A stretch of DNA of 64,000 nucleotides, from NCBI GenBank assembly GCA_965140445.1, contig OZ223236.1, positions 1,344,001-1,408,000 of the forward strand. Reading direction: 5' to 3'. Numbering within the stretch: the stretch's first letter is position 1; each line of letters opens with the position of its first letter. Below are positions 54,414 to 64,000 of this stretch, piece by piece. The notes under the pieces are model-generated. The model was not told the origin of the DNA and searched no databases. It was given only the letters and a program-made list of their open reading frames with translations. Origin of the DNA: Candidatus Ozemobacteraceae bacterium (GTDB lineage: Bacteria; Muiribacteriota; Ozemobacteria; Ozemobacterales; Ozemobacteraceae). Both the position numbers and the translations under genes were made by a program.

Positions 54414-56996
54414 TCAGGCCAGGTTTTCCCCGCAATGCTGGCAATAATATTCATCTTTATTATTTGGCTTTGAGCAGTGGGGGCAAATAATGTCCTCAGG
54501 AGAAACCTCAACTGGTGCGTTCTGAATTTCCTGGGGGGCACTTTCTTGTTTTCCGGCTGTTGCATCATAAAGCTTTTGTGCTTCAAGCAACCCATTTTGA
54601 AATGCGACGTTGTAAGGATTGTTCTGCAAGAAATTTCTATATATTTCCAGGAGGTCTGCAAGTCGGTTCTGTTTATTGTAGGTGTCTCTGAGAACCGCGT
54701 GAACAAGTTCGTTATTAACATCTTCATTTATAACTTCTTCGCAGAGTTTTAAGCACTCATCAAATCTTCGTAATTTTAGATGGATCTTAGCTACTCCAAG
54801 CTTGAATTCTGATTCGGCGGAACCCATATCCATCATTTTCTGGAAAACTTTCATGGATCTTTCGTCGCTTAAACCTTTTTTTAAGTAAAACTTTCCAAGT
54901 GGTTTTAAAACTTCAGGGTTGTGGGGATCTAGATTTAACCATTGTTCTAGAATATTTACGCCGTCCTGAGAAAGGTTTTTCTGTTTCGTATAATGAGAGC
55001 CAAGGAGCGAAACCAGAGCGATGTTTTTTGGATCTTTTTGATAAAGATTTAGCAGCTCAGGTAAGCTTTCCGGAGAAAGCATTCTTTTTCCAAGGTATGC
55101 ATATCCTAACCAGATATGACCATCTTCATCTTTAGGATTTATTGATATGAGGTGCTTACATTCACCTATAGCTCTATCGTAGTTGCCCTTTTTAAGATAA
55201 GCTTGAGCAAGAATTCTTGAAATAAGAGCGCCGTCATATGGGGTTAGAATTGGAAGTCGTCTTACTGCATTCAATTCATTGATACATTCTTCCAACATTT
55301 CTTTCTTCAGGAAGCTTCTGGCTTTTCTGATTGCAGAATTCTTATTGTATTCGGGAAGGTGTTTGTAAAGAGCCCAGGCGATCCATAATAGAAGTACTAT
55401 AATAACAATTGGAAAGACTTTCTTCCATTTTGAAACTCCAGATTGAATTAGTTTATCGCTTAGTTCTGGATAATCCGGGTCTGATTCAGAAATTTCGCTA
55501 AAATATTTATATGCTGTTTGTCTGTCACCTCTATCTAAATTTATGCAGCCTATAACAAATTTTGCGCGGTTATTTTCGGGTTGAATTGATAACTGATAAA
55601 TAGCCTGAGTTTTTGCATTATCCAGATCGCCAGTTTTATAATATGCTTCTGCAAGGTAGCTGGTAAGTTGTTTGTCGTAATCTCTAGGCAATTGTTTTAA
55701 GAGCTTTAAGCATTCTTCGTATTCATAAGTATTTCTGGCATCTACGGCTTTTTGCCAGATATCTTTTTCATTATTTACAGCTGATATTTCTCCTACTTCT
55801 TTGTTAAAAGCAGAACTGTATTTTTTTAACTCAGAGTCTAGCTCTATAATTGCTTTTCCTCTGTTAAAGGCAATCATAGCTTCTTTTAAGTTATTTACCG
55901 CCTTAAATTCCTTACCTTTTCTTAGATAAGCTTCAACCATACTAGCTCTTTCCTGACTATATCTTGGAAGCTTTTCAGCTCTTCCGAGTTTTTTCATAAG
56001 GGCTTGTTCTATGGTGGTGGCTTTTTCTAATAGCTCGGCGGCTTTTTTATTCGAAGGATCTGCGCTCACTATATATTCAAGCATATCTCTGGCCTCAAGC
56101 CAGCTTCCCTTTTCAATTAGTGGCTGTACTTCTGCAAACGCGCTTTTTGCACTTCTTGAACTGCTAAGCTCATTGATTTCTTTCTCGAGATAATCATTTC
56201 TAGGATCTACTTCTTGAGCCTGTTTAAAAAGACTAATCGCATTTTCTGAATTTCCTGAAGCTTTTTCAGCCTGAGCTTTTTTTATAAGACTATCCACCAG
56301 GCTGCTTTGCTTTGCTTTGATTTTTTGTAGCAAATCTTTTGGTTCTTCTGGATTTGCAAAGCTATATTTATTTGCATTTTCTGCATTTGATCTGGCTTTA
56401 AGAATATTTCCCTTTTCAAATTCAATATTGGCCATTATAAAGAATAGCCTTCCCATGGGCTCCGAATTATACTTTGTTCGCATATGCCCATTTGCTTCAA
56501 GAATTCTTTCTGCTTCTTGCAGGGCTTTATCTGTTTGCCCTTTTTTTAGCAGGCCGTTGAGAATTTCAACTCCAATTTCTAATTCTGAAGGATTTACCTG
56601 GAATATTAAATGCTGAAGTCTATTTACTTCAGCTGAATTTCCAGATTTTTGGGCAGCAAAAAGGTCTTCTTTTAATACCTTAGAATAGGCATCTGAGAAT
56701 TTTTGATTTTTTGGTTCTAACTTATGGGCTTTTGCTAATGCGCGCATCATATCTGGACGCTTGTTTTTTAGCTTAAGCAGCATTGCTGCATTATAGTAAG
56801 GTTCCCCCCATTTGGGGTCCACTTTCATAGCTTGCTTTAAAAGCTGAATTGCTTCTTGATGGCGCCCAGTTTTTATAGCAACTTCCGCTTGTCTATTTAA
56901 TTCTTTGGCGTCAGTTGATGCAAAACAAATTGGTGAAAAAAACAGCCCCGTCAGGGCAAATAAAATTGAAAATAATAAAATTGTAGAGCGGTTCAT
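54414..56996 (-). CDS. Bitopic TPR protein with C-terminal zinc ribbon
   Basis: Signal peptide, TPRs, TM VFPIVIIVLLLWIAWALY, TPRs, CPHC...YCQHCG. Confidence 0.82.
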   Translation of the reverse strand: MNRSTILLFSILFALTGLFFSPICFASTDAKELNRQAEVAIKTGRHQEAIQLLKQAMKVDPKWGEPYYNAAMLLKLKNKRPDMMRALAKAHKLEPKNQKFSDAYSKVLKEDLFAAQKSGNSAEVNRLQHLIFQVNPSELEIGVEILNGLLKKGQTDKALQEAERILEANGHMRTKYNSEPMGRLFFIMANIEFEKGNILKARSNAENANKYSFANPEEPKDLLQKIKAKQSSLVDSLIKKAQAEKASGNSENAISLFKQAQEVDPRNDYLEKEINELSSSRSAKSAFAEVQPLIEKGSWLEARDMLEYIVSADPSNKKAAELLEKATTIEQALMKKLGRAEKLPRYSQERASMVEAYLRKGKEFKAVNNLKEAMIAFNRGKAIIELDSELKKYSSAFNKEVGEISAVNNEKDIWQKAVDARNTYEYEECLKLLKQLPRDYDKQLTSYLAEAYYKTGDLDNAKTQAIYQLSIQPENNRAKFVIGCINLDRGDRQTAYKYFSEISESDPDYPELSDKLIQSGVSKWKKVFPIVIIVLLLWIAWALYKHLPEYNKNSAIRKARSFLKKEMLEECINELNAVRRLPILTPYDGALISRILAQAYLKKGNYDRAIGECKHLISINPKDEDGHIWLGYAYLGKRMLSPESLPELLNLYQKDPKNIALVSLLGSHYTKQKNLSQDGVNILEQWLNLDPHNPEVLKPLGKFYLKKGLSDERSMKVFQKMMDMGSAESEFKLGVAKIHLKLRRFDECLKLCEEVINEDVNNELVHAVLRDTYNKQNRLADLLEIYRNFLQNNPYNVAFQNGLLEAQKLYDATAGKQESAPQEIQNAPVEVSPEDIICPHCSKPNNKDEYYCQHCGENLA

Positions 56997-57025
56997 AGTC
57001 TTCCTCCGTTATGACCGCTTACAGT

Positions 57026-58342
57026 CTAAGTTATTTTGGAAACTTTTGCCAGTGCTTTTAGTGCACACCTTCTAACATCAGGGTCACCATCATTAGTCAA
57101 GTCCTGCAAAACATCGCTAAACTGTAGCGCGCCAATCTCTCCTAAAGCCCATGCTGCAGAAGCTCGCATTGTTTTATGTGTGGATCTAAGCATTTGTTTG
57201 AGGGTTAAAATTGCTCCCATACCACCAAGCTTCCACAAAGCTGCAGCTGCATTACTGCGAACTCTATTGTGTGAGTCATGTAGAAGTGGGAATAGTAGTT
57301 CGGAAAATTGTGGGTCTTTTAAGTCTCCCATTGCATCAACAGCATTTGCTCTAACCCTGCCATCTGGATCACGCAGTGCCTTCGACAATAAAACCACGGA
57401 TTTGGCATTTTTGGCTGCTCCAAGACTTTTTATCATGTTGGCGCGCAATCTGGTATTTTCTTCCATGGTAAATTTTTCTGTGAGCCTTGCTACGGTAAGC
57501 TCAGGGTTAATTTCCATAGAGGTTTTAATTATCACATCCCTGATGGGATTTTCGTCTTCTTTTACATAGGCTTCTACAAGGTGAGAAATCACTCTTGAAG
57601 ATCCTATTTTTCCTATACTTAAAACGGCTCTATTCCTGACCGTCGGGGAAATATCGCTTAATAGTCCAATAAGCAGGTCCAGAGAACGTTCTTCTTTGAT
57701 TTCTCCAAGGATATAAGCCACAGATGCTCGTTTCCTTGAGTTGGGGGATCTAAGTTCTTCAGGCAGAGTATTTAATCCGAAACGAATGCCTTTCTGCCAA
57801 AGTGCTTTAAGCGCATTTGCCCTAACTCTGTTATTTCTATCAGAAACAAGAACTTTTAAAATTTCGGGAATTTCAGGATTTTCAATATCCCCCAATGCTT
57901 CTACTGCATTGGCTCTAACTCTGTCATCTGCATAATTCAAAAAGGCTTTTAGTAATGGGATAAATTCAGGAGATTTAAATGAGCCAATAACCTTAATTCC
58001 TGTTGCAACAAGTGAGGAATCTTCTTCTCTTTTTAGGAAGTCGCAGATGGCTTTTTTGGCAGGTCTGGAATTTTTGCCCTCAAGAGCAAAAAGGCTTTCT
58101 GTTCTTAAGATTGAATTGGGAGACTCGAGATAAGACATTATCATGCCTAAAATTTCAGGGTCAGATGTTTTCTTTGCAGCTCTTAGAGATGCACAAACTA
58201 CATCGGGGCGACCATCTTTGAGACCTTCAAGGATGAATTCATCAATATTTTCGACATTATGCTTTAGTGCGCTTTTAAGACAGAAAAGTCTGACATTTTT
58301 ATCTCTGTCCTGAAAAAGTTTATTTAATGTCTTGTAGTCCAT
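57026..58342 (-). CDS. HEAT-repeat protein
   Basis: Repeated D...RVRANA..AL / RASAAWALG units throughout. Confidence 0.9.
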   Translation of the reverse strand: MDYKTLNKLFQDRDKNVRLFCLKSALKHNVENIDEFILEGLKDGRPDVVCASLRAAKKTSDPEILGMIMSYLESPNSILRTESLFALEGKNSRPAKKAICDFLKREEDSSLVATGIKVIGSFKSPEFIPLLKAFLNYADDRVRANAVEALGDIENPEIPEILKVLVSDRNNRVRANALKALWQKGIRFGLNTLPEELRSPNSRKRASVAYILGEIKEERSLDLLIGLLSDISPTVRNRAVLSIGKIGSSRVISHLVEAYVKEDENPIRDVIIKTSMEINPELTVARLTEKFTMEENTRLRANMIKSLGAAKNAKSVVLLSKALRDPDGRVRANAVDAMGDLKDPQFSELLFPLLHDSHNRVRSNAAAALWKLGGMGAILTLKQMLRSTHKTMRASAAWALGEIGALQFSDVLQDLTNDGDPDVRRCALKALAKVSKIT

Positions 58343-58344
58343 AC

Positions 58345-58977
58345 TTAATCCTTTTCAACTGCACTTTTTTCAGCAAGCGCTACGTCAAATTCTCTTGAAG
58401 GTTCGGTAATATCAGAAATTATCACCTTCTCAGGCAAGACCATTCTAAGTTTATAGGGCGAGTGTTTAAGGATTGCTCCTGTTTTTGATAAAACCAGTTC
58501 TTCAGCAAGTTTTATTATGGCTACTTTTTCTTTACCCATGGTAAAAAAGCCATGATAAGTAATATCGGGTCTTTCAAAAATAACCTCTTCCTCAACTACC
58601 TGTGGAATAATCTCTTCCATTTCTTTGGGAACCGGGATAAAAACGTTTCTGGCTTTTGCCTGATATGGGTAAGCTTTTGCCATGGTGAAACGTGTTTCAA
58701 TTTTTTTATCTAATTCTGGAAGTTTTTCCATTTTAAGAGGTGGAGCTGGTGTTATTGGGGCTTTTTGTCCAGGTTGAACCGCACCAGTTCCTGCCGCGGC
58801 CGTTGGGTTGGCAGCTTGAGTTGTAGTAACGGCACCGCCAGCTCTTTGCTGCTTTTTAGCTAATCTTGCGGGTTTTAAAACAAAGAAGTCAAGAAGAACA
58901 ACCATGATGATTACTGGAACCCCAATAACCACTACTTTGTTCTTTTTATAGTATTCGATGAATTCTTGTTTTGTCAT
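58345..58977 (-). CDS. PilP/GspC-like TM-anchored protein
   Basis: TM, Pro-rich linker, RNVF.P, ITYHGFF...VAII beta domain; follows pilO. Confidence 0.6.
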   Translation of the reverse strand: MTKQEFIEYYKKNKVVVIGVPVIIMVVLLDFFVLKPARLAKKQQRAGGAVTTTQAANPTAAAGTGAVQPGQKAPITPAPPLKMEKLPELDKKIETRFTMAKAYPYQAKARNVFIPVPKEMEEIIPQVVEEEVIFERPDITYHGFFTMGKEKVAIIKLAEELVLSKTGAILKHSPYKLRMVLPEKVIISDITEPSREFDVALAEKSAVEKD

Positions 58978-58997
58978 TTATAGTTCCTTTTATTAGG

Positions 58998-59579
58998 TCA
59001 TGGAAGAAAGAAGGTTGAAAGCGTCAATTTCATAGACATATTTCCGCGTTCATCGCTTAATGGTGGCATTAATTCCATTTGGGAAATTTTAACCAGGCGT
59101 CCCAATGCATTTTCCATCTCCCACAAGAATTGCTTAACTTTGTTATATGAACCTGTAATCGCAAGATTGAATTGGAATTCAAGATACCTTGCTCCAGCTC
59201 CGGCTGTTGGGGCAGGCGGCAGATATTTTGAGTCCTGGATATGTATCTCAAGAGATTTTGCCTTTCTTTGAACCTGTTCAATAAAAAGGGTGTAATTTGA
59301 GGCTTTTTCCAGGAGTCTTTCAAACTTTTCCTGAACTTCTTTTTTTCTTTCTCGAAGTTGTGTTGAAATTTCTTTTACTTTTTTTCTTCTTGAGGCAAAT
59401 TCACGTTGAGAATCTTCAAGCCGCTTTTGCATTTCCACCAGCTCGTTTTTCTTCTGTCTGATGGCCTCTTTCTGTTTACTATTTACAGATCCAAGGAAAA
59501 AGATCAATCCGCCAATCGCGATAGCGATCAGCCCATATGTAAGTACTCTCTCTAATATGGAGCGAAGTCTGGTCTTCAC
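58998..59579 (-). CDS. pilO: Type IV pilus assembly protein PilO
   Basis: TM, coiled coil, ITGSYNKVKQFLWEMEN..RLV. Confidence 0.8.
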   Translation of the reverse strand: MKTRLRSILERVLTYGLIAIAIGGLIFFLGSVNSKQKEAIRQKKNELVEMQKRLEDSQREFASRRKKVKEISTQLRERKKEVQEKFERLLEKASNYTLFIEQVQRKAKSLEIHIQDSKYLPPAPTAGAGARYLEFQFNLAITGSYNKVKQFLWEMENALGRLVKISQMELMPPLSDERGNMSMKLTLSTFFLP

Positions 59580-59593
59580 TGTTGCTCCTTTGC

Positions 59594-60154
59594 TCAGTTC
59601 ATGATTTTATATTTAAATTCGAGGGTAAACTTTTGAAGTGTTCCCTGTTCTGTGGACACGTTTGAATTTTCTTTAAGAAAAGATGTGAATTTTCCGGTAT
59701 CTTCCATTCTTTTTGCAAACTCGAGGACATCATAGACGGTAAAGGCTTCTCCAGAAAGAGTGAAAGTCGTGGAAAGGTTTGAGAAATTTCTTGGACTGAT
59801 TGATTTGATAACAACTCTTTCGGGGACGGTTGATTCAAGGGTTGCAAGAAAATCGACCCAGGATGTTCCGGGGGTGTCCAGGTTTTTGTTGATAAAGCTG
59901 ATACTGTTTTTAAGAGCATTGATTTCATTAACTGGCGGTTGTAATTTTCCTGTATTTTCTATTACCAGTCTAAGTTCTCCTTCTGTCTTATCGACTACTT
60001 TCTGTACAGAACTTAACTCTTTACTATTTTTAAAGTGCATTGACCCGACCGCAGACAGGCAGGCAACAATTGAAAGAACCGCAAGAACAATGCCCAGATT
60101 GTCTCTAGGAAGGGATTTATAGTCGTTGGGTAATAGGTCAAATTGAAATTTCAT
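59594..60154 (-). CDS. pilN: Type IV pilus assembly protein PilN
   Basis: FDLLP (INLLP variant), TM, W..FL..L...VPERV, LSGEA. Confidence 0.8.
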   Translation of the reverse strand: MKFQFDLLPNDYKSLPRDNLGIVLAVLSIVACLSAVGSMHFKNSKELSSVQKVVDKTEGELRLVIENTGKLQPPVNEINALKNSISFINKNLDTPGTSWVDFLATLESTVPERVVIKSISPRNFSNLSTTFTLSGEAFTVYDVLEFAKRMEDTGKFTSFLKENSNVSTEQGTLQKFTLEFKYKIMN

Positions 60155-60157
60155 TTT

Positions 60158-61225
60158 TTAATCCCTTAAAAAACTTCCGCACGCAGCGGCAAGACTATTT
60201 TTTGCTGAAGCATCAACCTGATTTCCGTTTACATATAACTCGTAAAGGTCACAGACTCTTACTACTTTAGTATTTAGGTTTGATCCGAGGGCGACATGAA
60301 TATTTTCGAAGTTTGCTCCGCCCCCTGAAATTATGATTTCATGAATACTGAACTCTCTGAATTTGGTCAGGTAACTTTCTATTGAGCTGAAAATTTCTCT
60401 TACAAGAACAGCAAAAGCATTTTTTATAACCGTAAAGTTATAAAGGCTTTCTTGTTCAGGGCTGGCTTCGGGTAAAAAGAAATTTTCATTCATTTTAAAT
60501 TTGTCCGCTTCTTCTTCTGGGACGTGAAAGTGCTTACTTAACTGTTTTGTAAAGTCGTAAGCCCCTATGGGTCTATTTTGCAGAGACTTTAGCTGGCCGT
60601 CTCTAAATACCCCAACAGAAGTAGACTCGTGTCCAAGGTGTATTACGCCAATATTTTTACCTTTATTTTCACTACTGGTTAAATGGTGTTCAACAAGATT
60701 TGCAACATTTAGAAAGTTCAAATCAATCACGGTAGGATTTAGACCCGCTTTTTGAACAATGCCACCCATTTCAAGAATATTATTCTGAATGGCGGCGACG
60801 GCCAATACTATTTCGTCTTCTTCCCAGATACCAAGTGTTTTATGAACAATGTTCCAATTGTCTATTGGAAGCGGCATAATTGGCTCAAAGTCTTCTTTGA
60901 TTACTTCATCCATTTCTTTTTTGGAATACCTGGGGGGGGTTACTATAAGGTTTATTAATGCTGAATGGTCAGGAAGAAGCAAAATGGTGTTCTCGTATGG
61001 AAGTTTAGCTTCTTTAACTAGAGAAGCTGCAGCTTTCTTAATTGGTTCTGAATCCATAATCGGGCACTCAATAAAGGTTGAAGCAACAAAGTCTTTTGGG
61101 GTATCAACCGAAAGACATTGTTTCAGCCGGACTTCACCCGGTTGAGCTGACTCAAGCTTTAGAAGCCTCATCTCATATGTTCCCAGTTCGAGAACTGTGT
61201 TAATTTTGCTTAAAAAACGCGCCAT
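60158..61225 (-). CDS. pilM: Type IV pilus assembly protein PilM (actin-like)
   Basis: LELGT, AGLNP..ID, IHLGHEST, IG..DFT, EEADKFK, IISGGGA. Confidence 0.85.
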   Translation of the reverse strand: MARFLSKINTVLELGTYEMRLLKLESAQPGEVRLKQCLSVDTPKDFVASTFIECPIMDSEPIKKAAASLVKEAKLPYENTILLLPDHSALINLIVTPPRYSKKEMDEVIKEDFEPIMPLPIDNWNIVHKTLGIWEEDEIVLAVAAIQNNILEMGGIVQKAGLNPTVIDLNFLNVANLVEHHLTSSENKGKNIGVIHLGHESTSVGVFRDGQLKSLQNRPIGAYDFTKQLSKHFHVPEEEADKFKMNENFFLPEASPEQESLYNFTVIKNAFAVLVREIFSSIESYLTKFREFSIHEIIISGGGANFENIHVALGSNLNTKVVRVCDLYELYVNGNQVDASAKNSLAAACGSFLRD

Positions 61226-61228
61226 TCA

Positions 61229-63001
61229 TTAACTTCCCATGTTTATCATTATATATTCTTCTATTGGGACTTCACCCTCAAGAACCTTTGAAAGACAACA
61301 ATCCTGAATTGTTTTTACGTCTTTAGAGTGAAGATGCTCAATCAACTCAAGTGTTGATCGCCTTTGTCCGATTAGTTCTCTCATTTGTGGAGTTACTTCA
61401 ATTACTTCAAATAAGCCGGTTCTATCTCTGAAACCACTATTATTGCAGTATTTACATCCCTCACCTTTAAAGAAGGTTGCTTCCTGGATTGCGCTTAGTT
61501 CCAACCCGAGAGATGCTGCAATATATTGAGTCGGCTCAATCTTAACTTTACATTTTGGACAAATCTTTCTAACCAGCCTCTGACCAACCAATAGACAAAG
61601 AGCTGATGCGTAAAGATAAGGATCAATTCCAAGGTTTTCAAGTCTGCTTATGGTTTCAATCGCTGAGTTCGCATGGATTGTGGAGAAAACCATATGACCT
61701 GTTAGAGCGGCCTTAACTGTTATTTCTGCTGTTTCATAATCACGAATTTCTCCTACCAGAATGATATCAGGGTCAAGACGGAGAATTGATTTTAGACCCT
61801 TTGCAAAGGTTAGTGATCTGGAAGGATCGTTTCTATTTTCCTGGACCTGCATCTGATGAACACCAGGAATTTTAAATTCAACTGGATCTTCAACGGTAAT
61901 AATTTTTTTCTGGCGACTGTTAATTAGTGATATGGCAGAATAAAGAGTGGTTGTTTTACCAGAACCAGTTGGGCCAGCCATTAGAGCCAAACCCCAGGGG
62001 CGGCCAATATTATACTCAAAAATTTTCAGATCATCTTTATGAAAACCGAGAGCTCTCAGATCAAGATTGACCCTTCCAGAATCAAGAACACGAATTGTGC
62101 AGTTCTGTCCATAAATAGATGGCAAAATCGCAACACGAAACTCTATTTGTTGATTCTTGATTCTTAATTTAAAGCTTCCATCCTGAGGGAGGAATCTTTC
62201 TGTGATGTCCAGATTGGACATGATTTTAATACGAGAAATAATTGCCTGATGAGCAGGTTTTTCAACCGGAAGAATGTCATAAAGAATACCGTCAATACGA
62301 TACCTTACCTGAATAATTCTCTCAAAGGCTTCAATATGAATATCCGAGGCTCTCATTTGAACCGCGTCAAGGATCATTTTATGAACAAGTGTTACGATTG
62401 AGGTCTGATCAGACTCTCTTTTTAACTCTTCCAGGTTAAGTTCACTGGTTTGAACAGTATTGATACTGGGGCTATAGGAGCCGTCGTCACTTGAAAACTC
62501 TAATTTAACTTCATTGAGTAGTTCATCAATTGGCACATTTTCAAGAACGTTTTGAGGTCTGTAGAGGACGTCGTTGATGATGTGAATGATCTGGGTTTTA
62601 GTTGCCAGAACCCATTTAATGAACATAAATCCGGTTGCCATTTTTATACTGTCAAACATCTTGGTGTTTGTAGGGTCAAAAACGGCTATGGTCAATGATT
62701 TTGGCTCTTTTCGTATGGGAATAAACTTGTATGTTTTAATAAGGCTTTCTGGAACTTGCCTGATCAAGGCTGTGTCTAACTCAGTGTTTCCTAAGTTTAC
62801 GAATTCAATTCCATGTTGAATTGATAAACCTCTAAACAGAGTTTCTTCAGTAATGACTTCGTCGGCAATAAGAACCTCGCCAATCATCTTTCTGACGCTG
62901 GCTTGTTTCTTCAGACCAGTCTCAAGCTGTTCTGGCGTTAATGCACGCATTTCGATGAGGATTTCACCTATTTTTTTTCGTTTTAGAAAGTCGGTGGCCA
63001 T
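61229..63001 (-). CDS. pilB: PilB/GspE family assembly ATPase
   Basis: KIGEILI (MshEN-like N-terminus), ASDIHIE, RYRIDG, PQDG, GPTGSGKTTTLY, EDPVE, LRLDPDIILVGEIRD, TGH, CPKC/CKYC. Confidence 0.92.
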   Translation of the reverse strand: MATDFLKRKKIGEILIEMRALTPEQLETGLKKQASVRKMIGEVLIADEVITEETLFRGLSIQHGIEFVNLGNTELDTALIRQVPESLIKTYKFIPIRKEPKSLTIAVFDPTNTKMFDSIKMATGFMFIKWVLATKTQIIHIINDVLYRPQNVLENVPIDELLNEVKLEFSSDDGSYSPSINTVQTSELNLEELKRESDQTSIVTLVHKMILDAVQMRASDIHIEAFERIIQVRYRIDGILYDILPVEKPAHQAIISRIKIMSNLDITERFLPQDGSFKLRIKNQQIEFRVAILPSIYGQNCTIRVLDSGRVNLDLRALGFHKDDLKIFEYNIGRPWGLALMAGPTGSGKTTTLYSAISLINSRQKKIITVEDPVEFKIPGVHQMQVQENRNDPSRSLTFAKGLKSILRLDPDIILVGEIRDYETAEITVKAALTGHMVFSTIHANSAIETISRLENLGIDPYLYASALCLLVGQRLVRKICPKCKVKIEPTQYIAASLGLELSAIQEATFFKGEGCKYCNNSGFRDRTGLFEVIEVTPQMRELIGQRRSTLELIEHLHSKDVKTIQDCCLSKVLEGEVPIEEYIMINMGS

Positions 63002-63023
63002 ACTAGTTTATCCTTCCTGAAGA

Positions 63024-63051
63024 GTATCGGCAGATTGGATCATAAAACTTA
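63024..63051 (-). promoter_or_regulatory. Putative sigma28 promoter upstream of pilB
   Basis: TAAG-N16-GCCGATAC, followed by AGGAAGGA SD and ATG. Confidence 0.6.
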
Positions 63052-63076
63052 AATAAATCTGCTAATGCTATTAATT

Positions 63077-63733
63077 TTAGAATTTGGAACCTTCTGATGT
63101 GGTTATTTTAAAGTCGATGTAATCTAGTGCCTTAGAGTCTGCTATTGCTCCAACGAATGTAGAATCTGCAGCACCGGTAAAATTGTATAAAACTGTGTCG
63201 GTTGACTGATTAAAGTCATTTGGATTGTTATCGCCATCTATGAACGCAAATTCGGTGTCAATTTCAAAGATTCCATCACCATCGTCTGAGAAATATGCAG
63301 TGGAAACATAGTCCGTCCATGTAGTAATTTCTGCTCCGTTAACCGGGTCTTGAAAGCTGGGCAGTTTAGGAAGATATTTCAAGTTTGTTCGGCGAACAAT
63401 GGTTAGTGGCGAAGCGCTTGTAATTTGTAATGCTCCAGATACAAGTTCTGTTCCTAGTGCGTCCGAACTTTGATGGTTAACGTGGATTGGCACACCGCCA
63501 TTTTGAACTTGAACAAGGAAGGGGCCCCGGCTGTGGTCGCCTCTAAATTGATTCAAAACCTGACGCATATTTGCCAGGTTTTGTTTTAGAACAGAAAGAC
63601 GCGTATCGTAAATGTAGTCATTGTAATATGGAACTGCAACGGCAGTTAAAATACCGATAATAGCTACCACAATAATCAATTCCATTAATGTGAAGCCCTT
63701 ACGGACTCTAAAAAAGCTGTATGTTTTTCTCAT
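63077..63733 (-). CDS. Type IV pilin / GspG-like pseudopilin
   Basis: RKG/FTLMELIIVVAIIGILTAVAVP class III signal with E5; LKQNL..MR..LNQF..D; YLP...DP; ATG 63733 with GAGGA SD. Confidence 0.88.
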   Translation of the reverse strand: MRKTYSFFRVRKGFTLMELIIVVAIIGILTAVAVPYYNDYIYDTRLSVLKQNLANMRQVLNQFRGDHSRGPFLVQVQNGGVPIHVNHQSSDALGTELVSGALQITSASPLTIVRRTNLKYLPKLPSFQDPVNGAEITTWTDYVSTAYFSDDGDGIFEIDTEFAFIDGDNNPNDFNQSTDTVLYNFTGAADSTFVGAIADSKALDYIDFKITTSEGSKF

Positions 63734-63740
63734 AATATCC

Positions 63741-64000
63741 TCACCAATCTGAGTAGTTTGTTCCGTCCATGGCAGTAACAAAACCTTTTCTTACGTTTGG
63801 GTCAGGGTTTGACGAAACGTCAAAAACTCCCACATGATCTACAGGAGGAGTTACCGGACCTCCATTGTAAATTGTTGAGCTTGTGCCGCTGGCATAATAC
63901 TGAACCCATTCAACCCCGCCTACGAAAGGGTCTTGAGGTATTTCGCTTAAATAAGCTTTGGGATAAAAAGTAATTGCCTGGGGCCCATCGACAGGAGAAG
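63741..64000 (-). CDS. GspG-like pseudopilin, C-terminal part (5' end outside the window)
   Basis: My translation: ...YLSEIPQDPFVGGVEW...GVFDVSS...AMDGTNYSDW*, the typical YL..IP.DP / DV.S / A.DGT.Y.DW tail. Confidence 0.75.
   Translation of the reverse strand, partial: SPVDGPQAITFYPKAYLSEIPQDPFVGGVEWVQYYASGTSSTIYNGGPVTPPVDHVGVFDVSSNPDPNVRKGFVTAMDGTNYSDW

Noticed and set aside
336..62819. Many short antisense or overlapping ORFs in the track (e.g. 4859-5368, 30866-31366, 51677-52162, 57036-57569)
   Set aside because: They lie opposite or inside well-supported genes, lack motifs and look like shadow ORFs

Overview
AT-rich bacterial chromosomal window from a diderm (lpxL, waaA and three GT9 heptosyltransferase-like genes) that also carries a Firmicutes/Thermotogae-style cheC-cheD-orf-fliA block. 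It may be a deep-branching lineage such as Ca. Riflebacteria, but this is an impression and was not verified. No rRNA, tRNA, CRISPR array, transposase or prophage was seen. Content is mostly cell-envelope genes: an alpha-2-macroglobulin/pbpC pair, murC, a LysM-M23 peptidase, rlpA, LPS genes, and a type IV pilus/T2SS-like operon (pseudopilins, PilB, PilMNOP) followed by a HEAT protein and two paralogous membrane TPR proteins. Housekeeping genes include gpmI, gmk, pth, arfB, asd and acyP. The best candidate for a poorly characterised system is the 7-gene operon at 41062-50357. It couples a PspA/ESCRT-III-like protein and a Vps4/CDC48-like AAA+ ATPase with a membrane coiled-coil protein, an ABC importer and two paralogous solute-binding/OmpA fusion proteins. 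Other highlights: an apparently catalytically dead primase-polymerase/DnaB-helicase fusion next to a dead alkaline phosphatase; a PilP/GspC-like domain fused to two secretin N0-like domains; an OM barrel-FecR-FN3 module; sigma28-like promoters upstream of pilB, rlpA and (weakly) the M23 gene; CsrA-like sites; and an unannotated 30-aa membrane peptide. All family calls come from motif recognition by eye, without database searches.
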